Source: the human T2T-CHM13v2.0 reference genome, Homo sapiens. Taken from it: a stretch of DNA of 64,000 nt. Numbering within the stretch: the first letter of the stretch is position 1; each line of letters opens with the position of its first letter. The stretch is from the NCBI RefSeq assembly GCF_009914755.1, contig NC_060944.1; one strand, 5' to 3'. Both the position numbers and the translations under genes were made by a program. Shown here in pieces: positions 52,061-64,000 of this stretch. The notes beneath the pieces were generated by a model that had not been told where the DNA came from, searched no databases, and worked only from the letters and a program-made list of their open reading frames with translations.

Positions 52061-52445
52061 CTTTCCTGGGTTTTTCATGTGTTTGGGGCATTGCATTATG
52101 CCCAGGCAAAAGAGGTGGCTCCCTTGATCTGCTGGCTTTGGCCACATAGATTTCCTGCAGGAATGTTCATTGCCCCATTTTACCTACAAGCACAGCAGCT
52201 TTCTGCTACCTCCCTGCCATGTTTGGGATGAAGGGATTTGGGGGAAGTTGTTTATGGCCCCACCTTCCTCGACTTGCCCTATGGTCATTCCTTTTCTGGT
52301 GCTTGTTGCCTTTCTAGAGCCGACAGAGAATTGAAGTCTGGGTCTACTACCTCTCCTACCTCTCTGTGCCCATAGATCTCTTCCTTCAATCTTTTGCTTA
52401 AAGCCTTCTCCTCCAGCCTGGGAGGATTCTCCTTGTATTCTTGTG

Positions 52446-52806
52446 TGATATGGTTTGACTCTGTGTCCCCACCTAAATCTCATCTTCATTTGTAATCCCC
52501 ATGTGTCAAGGGAGGAACCTGGTGGGAGGTGACTAGATTATGAGGATGTTTTCCCCATGCTGTTCTCATGATAGTTAGTGAGTCTCATGATATCTGATGG
52601 TTTTAAAGGTGGCAGTTTTCCTGTGCTTGCACTTCACTTCTTGCCTGTCGCAATGTGCGACGTGCCTGCTTCCCCTTCCGCCATGATTGTAAGTTTCCTG
52701 TGGCCTCCCCAGCCATGAGGAACTGTGGGTCAATTAAACCTCTTTCGTTTATAAATTACCCAGTCTTGGGTATTTCTTTATAGCAGTGTGAAAATGGACT
52801 AATACA
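52446..52806 (+). mobile_element. MSTA/THE1D-type solo LTR
   Basis: tgatatggtttgactctgtgtcccc...aaatggactaataca; TSD not preserved. Confidence 0.9.
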
Positions 52807-54546
52807 TAGGGAAACCCCTTTTCCTACATATTTTCTCCAATATACTTTGGTTTTGTTTGCAAACTGCCTCTCTCTCACTTTTTTTTAAAAGCACATTTAT
52901 AAATCACAGGATTTTGTAAAAAATTAGCTAAAAAAGACTGGGGGACAGTTTGTGTTCTGTCCTTAGTTACCATATGCAGATCTTTCCACTTAATTAAAAG
53001 TGAGGAGGAGGTGGGGAAAATGCCAGGACAAAACGCCCATTTCCCATAGGGTAGGCTATTCATCCTAAGGTACTTTCCTGGCGGAATGGATTCCAAACTG
53101 CTTGGAATAGCTTCAGTCTATTATTTTGACCTCACCTCTTGCCATGTATACCTCTTCCTCCCCATACAGCCTAGCTTCCAGCTGAATCAAACCCACCAAC
53201 GGGTCCTGAATATCTCCTTGTTTCCACATCTCTCAGCACATATAGTTATTTTTCTCTGCCTAAAATATCTCTTTTTTCCCTCTATTTTCTATAGACAAAA
53301 TCCTAAAGAAGAGATAGAGGAAATTCTCAATGATGGGTCTGGATACAATTTGGGTAAACATTTTAACAAACGGTTTGGCCATTTGGGGGTATTTATATAT
53401 ACAAGGTCCCTATTTTCTGGAGGTTTATGTTTTGGTAGACTAATCAGCTCAAAACTTGAGCTTCTGAGACTCTGGGGGTAGGCAAATTCATTTGTTCACT
53501 GATTTAATACATAGGAATGGGTACCAGAGAAGAATTTTCAAGTCTCTAGGAATAAACAGAATGATAATTTTCACGTCATTTTAAATGTAAGTGTGCTAGA
53601 AATTACCTATGGGATTTTGTCCTCTTGTTCTCACTCTTTTATCTTCAAATGGTAATTTTCCAGCATTTTTTCATTCTTTCAGGGACATTTACTGAGAATT
53701 TAACATATGTTAGGCATTATGTTAAGTAGCAGTTTTCTGTATATAGAACATTAAACAAGTAGAAATAATGGGGTGTAAACATAAAGCAATTTCATTTTGT
53801 CTTCCACTATCACTTAAAACTTTATTAAACTGGGAAGGCTTTTTTCCTGCCCCTGCATGACTTTTTTGATCACTCATTTTAATAGAAATTTCTGCAGTCA
53901 CTTTAAGCTACTAAACACAGTCTTAGTTCAGAAATTAGAATGTTTTGCACCATATAATAAGCCAACCTCTGAACTTGACTTAAAATTAAATCTTCTCCTT
54001 CCCATAGATGTGCTCTCCAGGGAAGCCTACATCCAGTAAATAGTCACCTTCTTTCTTTCCTCACTCTGAGTCTACAAGCTTGCTAAAAGGGGTTTCTGAC
54101 CTTTCAGTGTTCAGAGAAAGGGGATAGAGGAGAGGCTGGGAAGCCAGAAAGTCTACACTTTACTGCTACCTTTGTGGAATGGCTGCACAGTCTCTGGACC
54201 TGGGGGATGTTTAGGCTGACTTTTCTCTCCTCTGGGCATTGTCATGGGTCCTTTGGAGATTCCCCTCTTGTTGGAAACCTCACTTAAGGAAACTTTCTAT
54301 TTTTCTTCTATTATGTCTTGCTCAAAGGCCAAAGATTTCTCTTGACATCTCTTTTCCGACTTGAGACATCCAAGTCCCCCATGCTATGTTCAGAGAGTTT
54401 ACAGACATCTAGGATTGTTGGATTGCAGTATGTACACAGGAACGTACTGGTACAAGATCTCTTTCCTTCTGCTCTGTGGTTCTGCACACAAAAGCCCATT
54501 GGTAGTTAATTCTCTCTGGCAGTTTCCAAATCTTTTTGTCTCATAG

Positions 54547-54620
54547 TCCTGTGGCTTCTCTGAGACTTTGGTTCGGTTTGGGAGAAAACGTTCCTTGGAA
54601 TGCCAGTAAGAGAACTGCAG
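54547..54620 (+). other. Candidate spliced non-coding exon
   Basis: Pyrimidine tract + TAG acceptor (54546) and consensus donor CAG|GTGAGT (54621-26); no supporting transcript available. Confidence 0.25.
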
Positions 54621-54954
54621 GTGAGTAAACTGAACTGAAGTAATGCAGAATAATAGTTCAAGATCGATTCCTGCCACAGACCTTGAGTAAAGGGCTATGG
54701 AAGGTTTTTCTAAGAGGGGTTATTTTACCTGGTACTGAAGCATTAGTCTGTCTCTGAGGCAAAGTAAAGAAAAAGGATGTTCTTCATGGAAGAAATAGGG
54801 CACCTAAAAGAAAGTGTCTGCAGGTACCCAGTGGCTGCAGCTTTAGCAGGCATGGTTGGGAGGGTCTGTAATGGAGAAGGGCTTGGCCTTTGTCCAGCAT
54901 CCAAGGGGAGCCTTTGGAAGGTTTTAGACGGAGAAGTGGTATGTTCTAGAAAGG

Positions 54955-55135
54955 TGTAGCATGGTGGCGTATGCCTGTAATCCCAGCTACTTGGGAAGCT
55001 GAGGCACGAGAATCACTTGAACCCAGGAGGCGGAGGTTGCAGTGAGCGAGATTGTGCCACTCCACTCCAGCCTGGACGACAGAGCGAGACCCTGTCTCAA
55101 AATACAAAAACAACCTTCTCAAAAACAAAAACAAA
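54955..55135 (+). mobile_element. Alu right arm (5'-truncated AluS)
   Basis: 'gcatggtggcgtatgcctgtaatccc...ccctgtctcaaaa'. Confidence 0.9.
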
Positions 55136-55714
55136 CCTACACCTGGGGGAAAAACTAACAAAAGATGTGTAAGATATCCACAGAGAAAAATTACAATGCA
55201 TTAGTGAAGGAAATAAAATAAGCTCTTTAAAAATATAGAGCTCTGCCTAATTCCAACACTTGTGTTATAAGTTGGTCTGATTTTCCTGTCTACTTTTTCT
55301 CACGATTACTTTTCTGCTAGATATGGGAAGGAGAAGAAAGAGTTAAATAACACGCATTTAAATGTCCTCATCCCCCTCCCCTCCAAGCCAGTCACTGGAG
55401 AAGTTGAATAAAGAAAAACAAAACCAAACCATTTGGGCTAAAGAAATAATTGGGAGAAAAGAAAGTTGCCAAAAAGCATTGTATATGTGCACATTTATTT
55501 GTAATAAGTGAATGGACGAATGATTTAATAGTACATATGGTGGTCTTAGTATATGCATGGAAAAACTGGAGGAATATACGGCAAATTGTTAATATTGGTG
55601 TTTGGTGTGTTTTCAAGTATTATATCTGCAATATTTACTATTTTTTAAAAACAGTGAGCGTGTATTACTTTGGAATCAGAAAAATCCCAATAAATATATA
55701 CACCTGTAAAGATG

Positions 55715-56070
55715 TCACACTTAACATAACATCCAAAGTCCTTATCAGGGCTTACAGGGCCCTGCACGACCCAGCCCCTCTCTCTGCCTAACCTTGTTTC
55801 CTTCATGCTCCCTCTTGTTCGTGGTGGTCTCTTTGCTCCTCCTTGATCACACCAAGCACGTTTCCAGTTCACAATGTGTGCATTTGACGTTCTCTCTGCC
55901 AGGTGCACTGTTCCCAGGTATCTGCATGGGTCCCTTCTCCACATCAATTAGGTTTGCTCAAATGTCATAATTTCAGAAAGAACTTCTGAAAATTCCCATC
56001 TCCTGAACTTACTTTATGTTTCTCTATAGCACTTACCCACTACATTATATCATGTCTACTTATTGTCTGC

Positions 56071-56116
<46 letters not shown>

Positions 56117-56215
56117 GTCTATCATCTGTCTATCCATTGATGTCACCCCTGGAAGACTTTGCCTAGAATAGTCTCTGACATACAATGGAAACTCAGTAAA
56201 TATGTGTTGAATATA
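55715..56215 (+). mobile_element. L2a 3' region
   Basis: 'atccaaagtccttatcagggcttacagggccctgcacga...tgctcaaatgtca...actcagtaaatatgtgttgaat'. Confidence 0.85.
56071..56135. repeat. (CTAT)11 GATA-type tetranucleotide STR
   Basis: Perfect units 56071-56114 then degenerate units. Confidence 0.97.
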
Positions 56216-56361
56216 TATTATTTGCTTTTAAACAGCGAATACCTGTTTTTACTTTTATTTAGTGAAGATTGAGTTGTAGAAAATGTTTGAAAACCTGCAG
56301 CCCCAACTTATAGAGCTTAAAGGCTTTCAGTTACTTTTTAAAAAACACCTTTCCTCATCTA

Positions 56362-56583
56362 GGACAGAGTTTTTCCACCTCAGAACTATGGACACTTTGG
56401 GATGGAGAATTCTTTGGTTTGAAAGCTGTTCTGGGCATGGTAGGGTGTTTAACAACCAATTCAATGCTGGTAACATCCTCTCCCACCCACCTCATTAGTT
56501 ATGACAATCAAAAATATCTTCAGACATTGCCTAATGTCCACTGGGAGCCCAAATCCCCTTCTCTTCCCCATTGAGAACCACTG
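56362..56583 (-). mobile_element. MER20
   Basis: 'tgacaatcaaaaatatcttcagacattgcctaatgtcc...ttgagaaccactg'. Confidence 0.85.
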
Positions 56584-57344
56584 CTATAGGAGCGTTCTAG
56601 AGTCAAATACCTCTCCATTTTTCTAAAAATATGTACAGCATCATATTGACGGAGACAGGCTAAGGTTTGATCTACTGCTATGCTATTAGGAGGGAATGAG
56701 CTGAAAATTGTCATGGGTTCTTATACTTTCATGAGAGTTACTCAGGTCTCAGCACCTCTCTACATTTTGGTTTTCTTGTTTAGTATAAATGCAATCCAAT
56801 TTAATCTGCATATAAACACATCTATTGCATATTAAAATCAACATATTATAAACATCAGGCTGAATGCTTTCCTGAAGAAGCAGGCTAAAAAAATTCATGC
56901 ATATTAATATTACAAATAAGCCAATTATTATATGGAATAATAAATAAAAAACAATATGATTAAAACTGGGAGCTTCATAAAGCAAAATATATGATATGAA
57001 GATTAGACTGCCTTAGAAACAATATTACAAATCCTTGCATTTTACATGTAATTTGTTTAAAATTAATTTCCCAGTGTGGTATCTTATTTTTGTTTCACCT
57101 AGACCTACACTAATAAGTTTTAGGAAACATTGATATTACTTAAAATCACAACACAGAGAAGAAACCATTTCTCTGCTCTTAATTGAGGCAAACCACACTG
57201 CTTAGCTTCACAGTTTCCAAGGCCCTGAGGACTTCCAGATATGCTGGAATTCTTGATTATATGCTGGCATGGAGCAGTGACGCACTGACCTGGTTTATTA
57301 AACCATCACCATTCTTTACTACCGAATAATAATAGCCTTTATGA

Positions 57345-57575
57345 GAAAACAATACAGTTCTCGAGCACTTACTATGTGCCAAGCTCTCAGCATAATGATT
57401 ATTTAATTCAATCTTTACAACTATCTGGAAGTTTGATATTATTATTAACCCCATTTTACAAAAAGCAAATCTGAGAGGTTCATCTGCCCAAGATTGCATA
57501 CCATTAGTAGGTGGGCTGTGCTGGGCTTTGAACTCCATCCTGTTAGACTCCAAGAACTCATGTTCTTAACCATTA
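57345..57575 (-). mobile_element. MIR
   Basis: 'gagcacttactatgtgccaag...ccccattttaca...ctgagaggtt...gggctttgaactcc'. Confidence 0.85.
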
Positions 57576-57769
57576 TAACGCTAACTATAGAGATAATTAG
57601 CAGCACATTGTTATCTTCATGTTAAATAGATTTTTACATTGACAACTTGCCACTTTGCCCTCATTCATAATATGACTATTCAAGTGGACTCCAGCAGGGA
57701 ACAATGTGCCACAGGTAAATTAAAATACATACAGGAAGCTTAGGGAAAAAGGCAAGATGGTAGAAAGGA

Positions 57770-58255
57770 TGGCATTCCAGTGAGAAGGCTGTTGAAATAG
57801 CCTAGTCAAGAAAAAATGGCAGCCTGGACCAAGGTGGTGGCAGAAGGCAAGAAGAGAAGAGATGGATTTCAGAGACTTTATTATTATTTTTTAAATGAGA
57901 TGGGGTCTCACTATGTTGTCCAGGCTGGTCTTGAGCTCCAGGGCTCAAGTGATCCTCTCCCATCAGCCTCTCAAGTAGCTGGGATTACAAGCATGTGCCA
58001 CTGAGCTCAGTTTGATATTTCAGAGACCTTTAAGAAGTGGGATTGGCAGGGCCTGTTGACTAGAATCTTGGGGATGGAGAAAGGGGAGAAGAGAAGAATA
58101 ATACCCAATTATCTGAGTCATGGTCCTAGGAAAATGGCATCCTTCATTGAACTGGGAAGAGCAGGTGTGGTGGAAGATGATGGGTTCATATTTCTGCAAG
58201 TTGGGGTTGCAGGGCCTGAGGTGTTCATCAGGCAGTGGGATAACAGGGTGTCTTA
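57770..58255 (-). mobile_element. L2 with nested FLAM (~57878-58010)
   Basis: 'aaggctgttgaaatag...cctggaccaaggtggtggcag'; FLAM flanked by atttcagagac. Confidence 0.7.
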
Positions 58256-58859
58256 GCTAGGCCACTTTTCACTTTCCCCCTTGAATCATAAATGCATACA
58301 AATATTTTATTCTTCTTTACCACAATATAAACTATTTTAGGGCAGTGTCCAAGATTTGTCCATCCCTATCTCCCTTAGAATGCATCATCATTGCTGGCAC
58401 TTCAAGAAACATGAAGAAACATGATCCATATCTATTTGTCTTTTGTCCTCGTTCTTCCTGGGATGTGTTCTGTATTTTCCCATTTATAATCTTTCATTTT
58501 TCCCACTCTCTCCAACTAAAGACCCTTGCATTCCAAGCTACATCTCTGTGTATTTTATTCCTTCTCAGCTTCAACCTTCAAGGTCAATTTCAACTTCCAC
58601 TTCCTGGATGAAAATATCTAAGCTTCCTCTGAGCACTTGACGTAATAGTTTCCTCTTTCCAACTTTTGAAGCATCTTTTTTGTAGCCTTTTTGTAACCCA
58701 GTGAAAGTTTCTCTTTATATCGATTTATATTTTCTGAGCCTGTTCTAGTGCCTGGAATATACTAGGCAGGTAATGCATGCTAGCTATTTTTATCACATGC
58801 TGTGTCATACACACTTTATATCAAGCAGAAAATATTTCAGTGCCTACACGGTCCTACCA

Positions 58860-59050
58860 CATGCTAGCAATGGATCATGAACATGTCACTTAACCTCTTT
58901 GAGCCTCAGTTTTCTTATCTGTGAGACTGGATCATAATAATACCAACCACATAAAGTGGTTGTATGGCTAAAATGAATTTAAGTATATAACATGCTTAGA
59001 AAATTGCCTGACACATAGTGATGGTTGCATAAATATTAGCTGTTATTTTT
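58860..59050 (+). mobile_element. MIR
   Basis: 'gtcacttaacctctttgagcctcagttttcttatctgt...taaatattagct'. Confidence 0.88.
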
Positions 59051-59239
59051 ATAGGGACCTATTAGATAAGTGAATCAAGTAAGCTGAAATTGAGAAAATG
59101 TTTTCTTAAAACACACGGATTGCTTGGTTTGTCTTTAATTTTTCCACTTTTAATAGATATATGGGTACAGAGAATATTATGTAGGTTTCTTAAATCTACT
59201 CTAAGGAAGACAATAGTGTAAGCAGAATGATAAATGGTA

Positions 59240-59578
59240 AGTGAGACTTAGGTCTATGCAAGAGAACAATAGGAAGTGGTGGGGACTGGGGAGAACCAGA
59301 GTGAGCTTGCCCTGTCTTAGGGGGCGGCCACTACTTAGGCCAATTGTCGTATGAGAATGAAGATCTGATGTTGTCATGGATTTTTAAGAAGCTAGAAACC
59401 TGAACTTTTTAATGAAATCTCCTAATTTGTAGATGTTGGCAACTAAATAAAAAATAAATTCAATACACTCTAGAATGCTGCAATGTGAGTGTCTGTGCTA
59501 CAATATAAAATATACAATATAAAATAAAACATGCCTGTAGGCCAACTTGGCCCCCAGGTCACCAGTTTGTAATCTCTG
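59240..59578. mobile_element. MER103C-like (hAT-Charlie)
   Basis: 'gaagtggtggggactg...agaagctagaaacctg...tgaaatctcctaattt...tgttggcaactaa...ccagtttgtaatctctg'. Confidence 0.7.
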
Positions 59579-60834
59579 CTTTATCTCATAACTTCCTCTA
59601 GGGTGTGAACTATGGCCTGTCCACAGTAGACAGGCAAAAATAGATGTTGAACTAAGTTAGATTTTGGTGTAAGAACTCTGGAGTACTTTCCATACATCAA
59701 ACTGGGCTGAAAAAAATAATCCAAAGGATATTTTCCATTGTCGCTATTTTTTTGTCTCTGTGTGCACAGTAGCATAACATGCCCTGAATGCAGAGAAACC
59801 GTAAACTAGGTCATTTCCTTGGACAGTAAAATTCTCTGAAACAAAAGCAGCCAAAAATTGATCATTTTCCTGCTAAAGAAGCACATGCTCTCTCCGTGAG
59901 AACACACACACAGTTTAATACAATAAAACCAAGCCTGACAAAAATGTAAAATGTATGCATTTTAAAAGAGGAATTTTTAATTATATTAATTTAAACAGAA
60001 GCCCTAAATTAGTTTTCCTGTAAGAATGTGATCAACTGCTTAGTTTCCCTAAAGACAACGTGTGACCTCTACGAGGAATGCAGTTATTTGTATTCAGTTT
60101 TTCCCCCTTTCCCTTCTAGATATTTTTCCCCCCTTCATTTTATAGAATTTAATAATGGGCGAAGTAACAAATGAGAAGATAAAAATTCCTGAACACTCTA
60201 GGGCATACATGGGGATATAAACAGATATTGTAGCCATTTCCTTAAGTTACATCATTTGCTGGACTATTTGACTTTCTAATTTGAACTCCCTGTGTATTAC
60301 TAAATTTAACTTGTGTATGCGAGTGTGTGTCTGTCACTGAATTCCCCCAAATGGTAGGCTCTGAGAATAAAATGCCAAATTATCTATTTCATCTGTGTTT
60401 CTGTCCATTTATGTATCTGTCTGCTTATTGATCTATTTAAACACGATCTATCAAGGAAAGCATTTCGACGTCTTTGTTTCTTATTCTTTCTTGTTTACGG
60501 AGACCACATTCCCCCCCACCCTCAATTTCAAATTGCCCTCTCTTCTCGTCTGCAAATGCTCATGGTATAGATATTTCCTTTATTATTCCCTCTAAACTTT
60601 CTTTGTTCCCGTCCCTGTCTTTTATTATTTCTCCTGTGTCATCAGAAACTGACTGCTGGATCCTGCCAATTAGCCTTTGTCTGTCAGCACCAGCCTCAGC
60701 CTCCCGAAGAGCGAGTGTGCACGGCGAGGCGGACAGGCCCTATTTCGTATGCAGCACAGTGTCCCCACACGGAGATATGCCATTACTGACAAAAGAGCAG
60801 TAGATGGGCTCAGATTAGCTGCTGACAAACTTCC

Positions 60835-60872
60835 TGTGTGTGTGTGTGCGTGTGTGTGTGTGTGTGTGCGCG
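60835..60872. repeat. (TG)n/(CG) alternating tract
   Basis: Visible. Confidence 0.95.
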
Positions 60873-61158
60873 CACCCGGTAGGAGGAGATAGTGGGGGGT
60901 GGGCAGGACAGGGCAGGAAAGAGAACCATACCCTGGAACACCAAACAGCAAATCTAACTTGCAAAGTAACTTATCAATTCTATTCCAAAATACCAATCAT
61001 TCTGAAATGGTTTCCATTATAAATGTGGTCCATCTGTACTGGTGGGCACAAATGGGCAGGTCGCAGCCACAGGAATAATCCACAGATTTCTGCCTCTTGG
61101 TCGCATCTGCTCGGCCCTCCACTGTGAACTGCTTCTCTCCTTCCCCAGGTTAATATTT

Positions 61159-61656
61159 CTGGGCAGCTTCCAGGGTGAGGCAAGGGAGGCGCTCACCTTG
61201 GGTACGAATTGGGCGCCAAAAAACTCAGTAGTCAAAACAATTATAATATCTATGATTTAATTAAAAAATAAAAATGAATGCCAAAAATCCATGATGAAGA
61301 AAATATTAAAATTTCAGATAAAGAAAGGATCAGTGTTGGTGATGTTTCCGTATGCATCGGGCTCTAATATGGCTCGGCACAGTGCTGTGACTGATCCTGT
61401 CTTTATATACAGCATCATATATGTATGTGTATATATATATATATATCATATATATATGCATTGAGCGAGTGTATGTGTGTGTATATATGTGTGTCTGTGT
61501 GTATGACATTTTGTTTGACATGTTTTTTGGTCATTTCAATTTTTTAACAATATGGCATTAAAATATGACTTATCTTGATTACTGTGTTCCTTGGTGGCCT
61601 CTTAACTTCTGCTCCAAAGTGAGTTCTCCATTGACCTCACCCTGGTCTGGGCCCTG
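61159..61656. mobile_element. MER96B (hAT-Tip100 palindromic MITE) with internal TA/TG microsatellite
   Basis: 'agggtgaggcaa...ggcgccaaaaaactcagta...aatatggctcggcacag...actgatcctgtcttta...cctcaccctggtctgggccctg'. Confidence 0.8.
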
Positions 61657-62094
61657 AGGCTCTCCCACACGGGCTTACATGAAATTCTGCTCCTGTCAGG
61701 GGCCTCCCTCTGGCTAATACCATTGACCTGCAAAGCATTCAGAGGGCACCATGGGACCCAATGGGCAGACACAGGGCACAGCCCTTCCGACTGGGCGAAT
61801 CCAACTTTTGTAAGGGAATACTGAGAACTTGCAGCCTCAAGATGCCAAGGCAATTGTATTCTGTGGATGTGTAAGGGGCTCTCATGATAATACCCTCTGA
61901 TAGAGAGGCCCCCAGGCAGTCTGCTGGTACCCCATATCTTAAAAGAGTCCCTGGGGCTATGGTATCTCCAGTTTTTACTTGCATTTTCCCAGTTGTCCAT
62001 TAGACTTGGGGGCAAGAGTCCAGTGGGGTGTTGGCCAGAAGGCACATCCAGGAGCCCCACCCCATGTTATATTCAGAATCTCCCTTTCTCTTAG

Positions 62095-62444
<350 letters not shown>

Positions 62445-62579
62445 TAAGTGTGTTTGGATGCCCCTTCCCTTAGGTTGCGTTATCTCCCAGGGTCCTCTTC
62501 AGACCTACAGGCAAACAGGCTCCCTGCAGGCTTTGCCATGCACAGATCAGACACACTGGTGCCATCATCACCTTCGTCA

Positions 62580-62800
62580 CTATCCATCCACATTTATTGA
62601 ATGCAGGTATGCCATTTCTCTTCTAATCCTCACAATAACCCTGTCAGATGGGAACAGTGAGTTTTGCCTTTTGCCAGTGAGAAAGGCGAGAACGCAAGGA
62701 GTGCATTTCTTGGCATACACTGGCTAGTAAACAATGGGCTTAGATTTGAACCCACATCTATCTGATGCTAGATACAGCACTCTTAACTTCTACTCAGCCT
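62580..62800 (-). mobile_element. MIR
   Basis: 'taatcctcacaataaccctgt...gctagtaaa...gatttgaaccca...cactcttaac'. Confidence 0.8.
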
Positions 62801-63647
62801 TGCATTTGCCCTGTACCATCCCAGGAGTCTCAAGAACCAGGAAGCTTTTGCAGAGCTGTTTTGCTCTATTTTGTGTGATGAAACATTACCTTTTATTCTA
62901 CAAATACAAAGTTGTATTATGAAACTTTGAAATAAACTTGAAATGTTTGTTTCAAACTATACTCCGTTTTCTCTCTCCCTTAACACATGTGCATATTCAC
63001 ACACACACGTACACACACACATGCACAGACACATTCTCAAAAGTTCTAGTACTCTGACCTTGGTTAAAATCCAGTCCTTGGTCATACAGGTGATTAAGGC
63101 AGAGACACTGCCCTATGAGGTACTAGAGTCTAGTAACAGAAGGGGACATCTTATCAGTGAAGGTTGTTGGGTGTAAGCAACAGAAATGAACTCTGGTAAT
63201 TTAGACAAAAGGATGATTTATTACAAGAGTACTGGCTTGCTCAAAGAATATCAGGAGAGCCAGAGACTCAAGCTCAGTGGCAACATACCAGTCTGGTTCC
63301 AAAAGCCATAGCCCTGCCCATGTAATTATTTTGCCTCTCTGTAGATGTATATTTATTGAATAAATGCCTTAAATGAGGACTTTGCAGGAGGAAATGCAAT
63401 TCCTTGTGGAGTCTCCTATGTGTATGTAAACTACAGAATCACTATTCATCCAGCTTCTTTTTGTGGAAACTATTCCCATGGGAGAGTTTGGAAAAGAGGA
63501 TATGGGGTGAGAAATAAACTTTATTTTCTCCTTCTAATCTCCTTGCATCACCCCATCCTCCCTCTCTGACCTCCCCTGCCCTATCAGGAAGCTGAACAAA
63601 ACTAGGTCCTTGAGAGTTTCTTCCCCCTCAATACTTGGATAGATTCT

Positions 63648-64000
63648 TTGTTATTTAGGGTTCTCCCCAGAAGCAGAACTTGAGATAAAGATTTGAGTAC
63701 AAGTTGTTTATTTGGGAGGTTGTACCAGGAAATACCCAGAAGAAGGTGGGGAAGTGAGCCAGGGAAGGAAAGTTGAGTCATCAAGACAGCTAACGCCATG
63801 GAAGACTGGAGCTTAATGTCTCCTGGAAAACTCTGGAAGCCAGTGGAGAAAAATGCCTCAGAGTTTTTCTTTCTGGGGAGGGAGGGAGTTGGGGTATTTA
63901 TACACCAACATTGTCAGTTGTTGAGGGTAGCTCCTAGAGGACCATTAATTCTTGGTACTTCTGGACTACCGTGCCTATGGCAAACTGGTCTCCAGAGACC
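63648..64000 (-). mobile_element. LTR16C-like ERVL LTR (runs off window)
   Basis: 'ggttctccccagaagcaga...gatttgagtacaagttgtttatttgggagg...gggaagtgagccagggaaggaa'. Confidence 0.75.

Noticed and set aside
59314-59330. CTCF-like 'tcttagggggcggcc'
   Set aside because: Lacks the 5' CC core and lies within a MER103-like repeat
60684-60736. Split REST/RE1 half-sites (TCAGCACC ... GGACAG)
   Set aside because: Spacer of ~39 nt is much longer than described canonical or non-canonical RE1 spacing

Overview
Non-coding primate (most likely human) genomic DNA, either intergenic or deep in an intron. I can support no protein-coding exon, tRNA, rRNA or CRISPR array. The listed ORFs come from Alu, LTR, L1 or microsatellite sequence, or are chance frames. 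Roughly half the window is interspersed repeats: about 28 Alu/FLAM copies, MaLR and ERVL solo LTRs (several with intact 5-bp target-site duplications, TSDs), L1/HAL1, L2, MIR and DNA-transposon MITEs, often nested. Between them lie multi-kb repeat-poor, AT-rich islands dense in developmental TF motifs (largest ~37.5-41.3 kb) plus one excellent CTCF motif (12235-12253). This layout suggests a long-range enhancer landscape (inference). The most unusual items are a 42-bp-arm near-perfect hairpin inside a MER63-type element (31577-31668), a second hairpin in unique DNA (13309-13374), a 4-E-box/TALE module (38884-38927), a local tandem duplication (40644-41000) and an inverted Alu pair only 27 bp apart. 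Repeat subfamily names come from recalled consensus sequences, not a RepeatMasker run. Boundaries without TSDs are approximate. I cannot name the locus.
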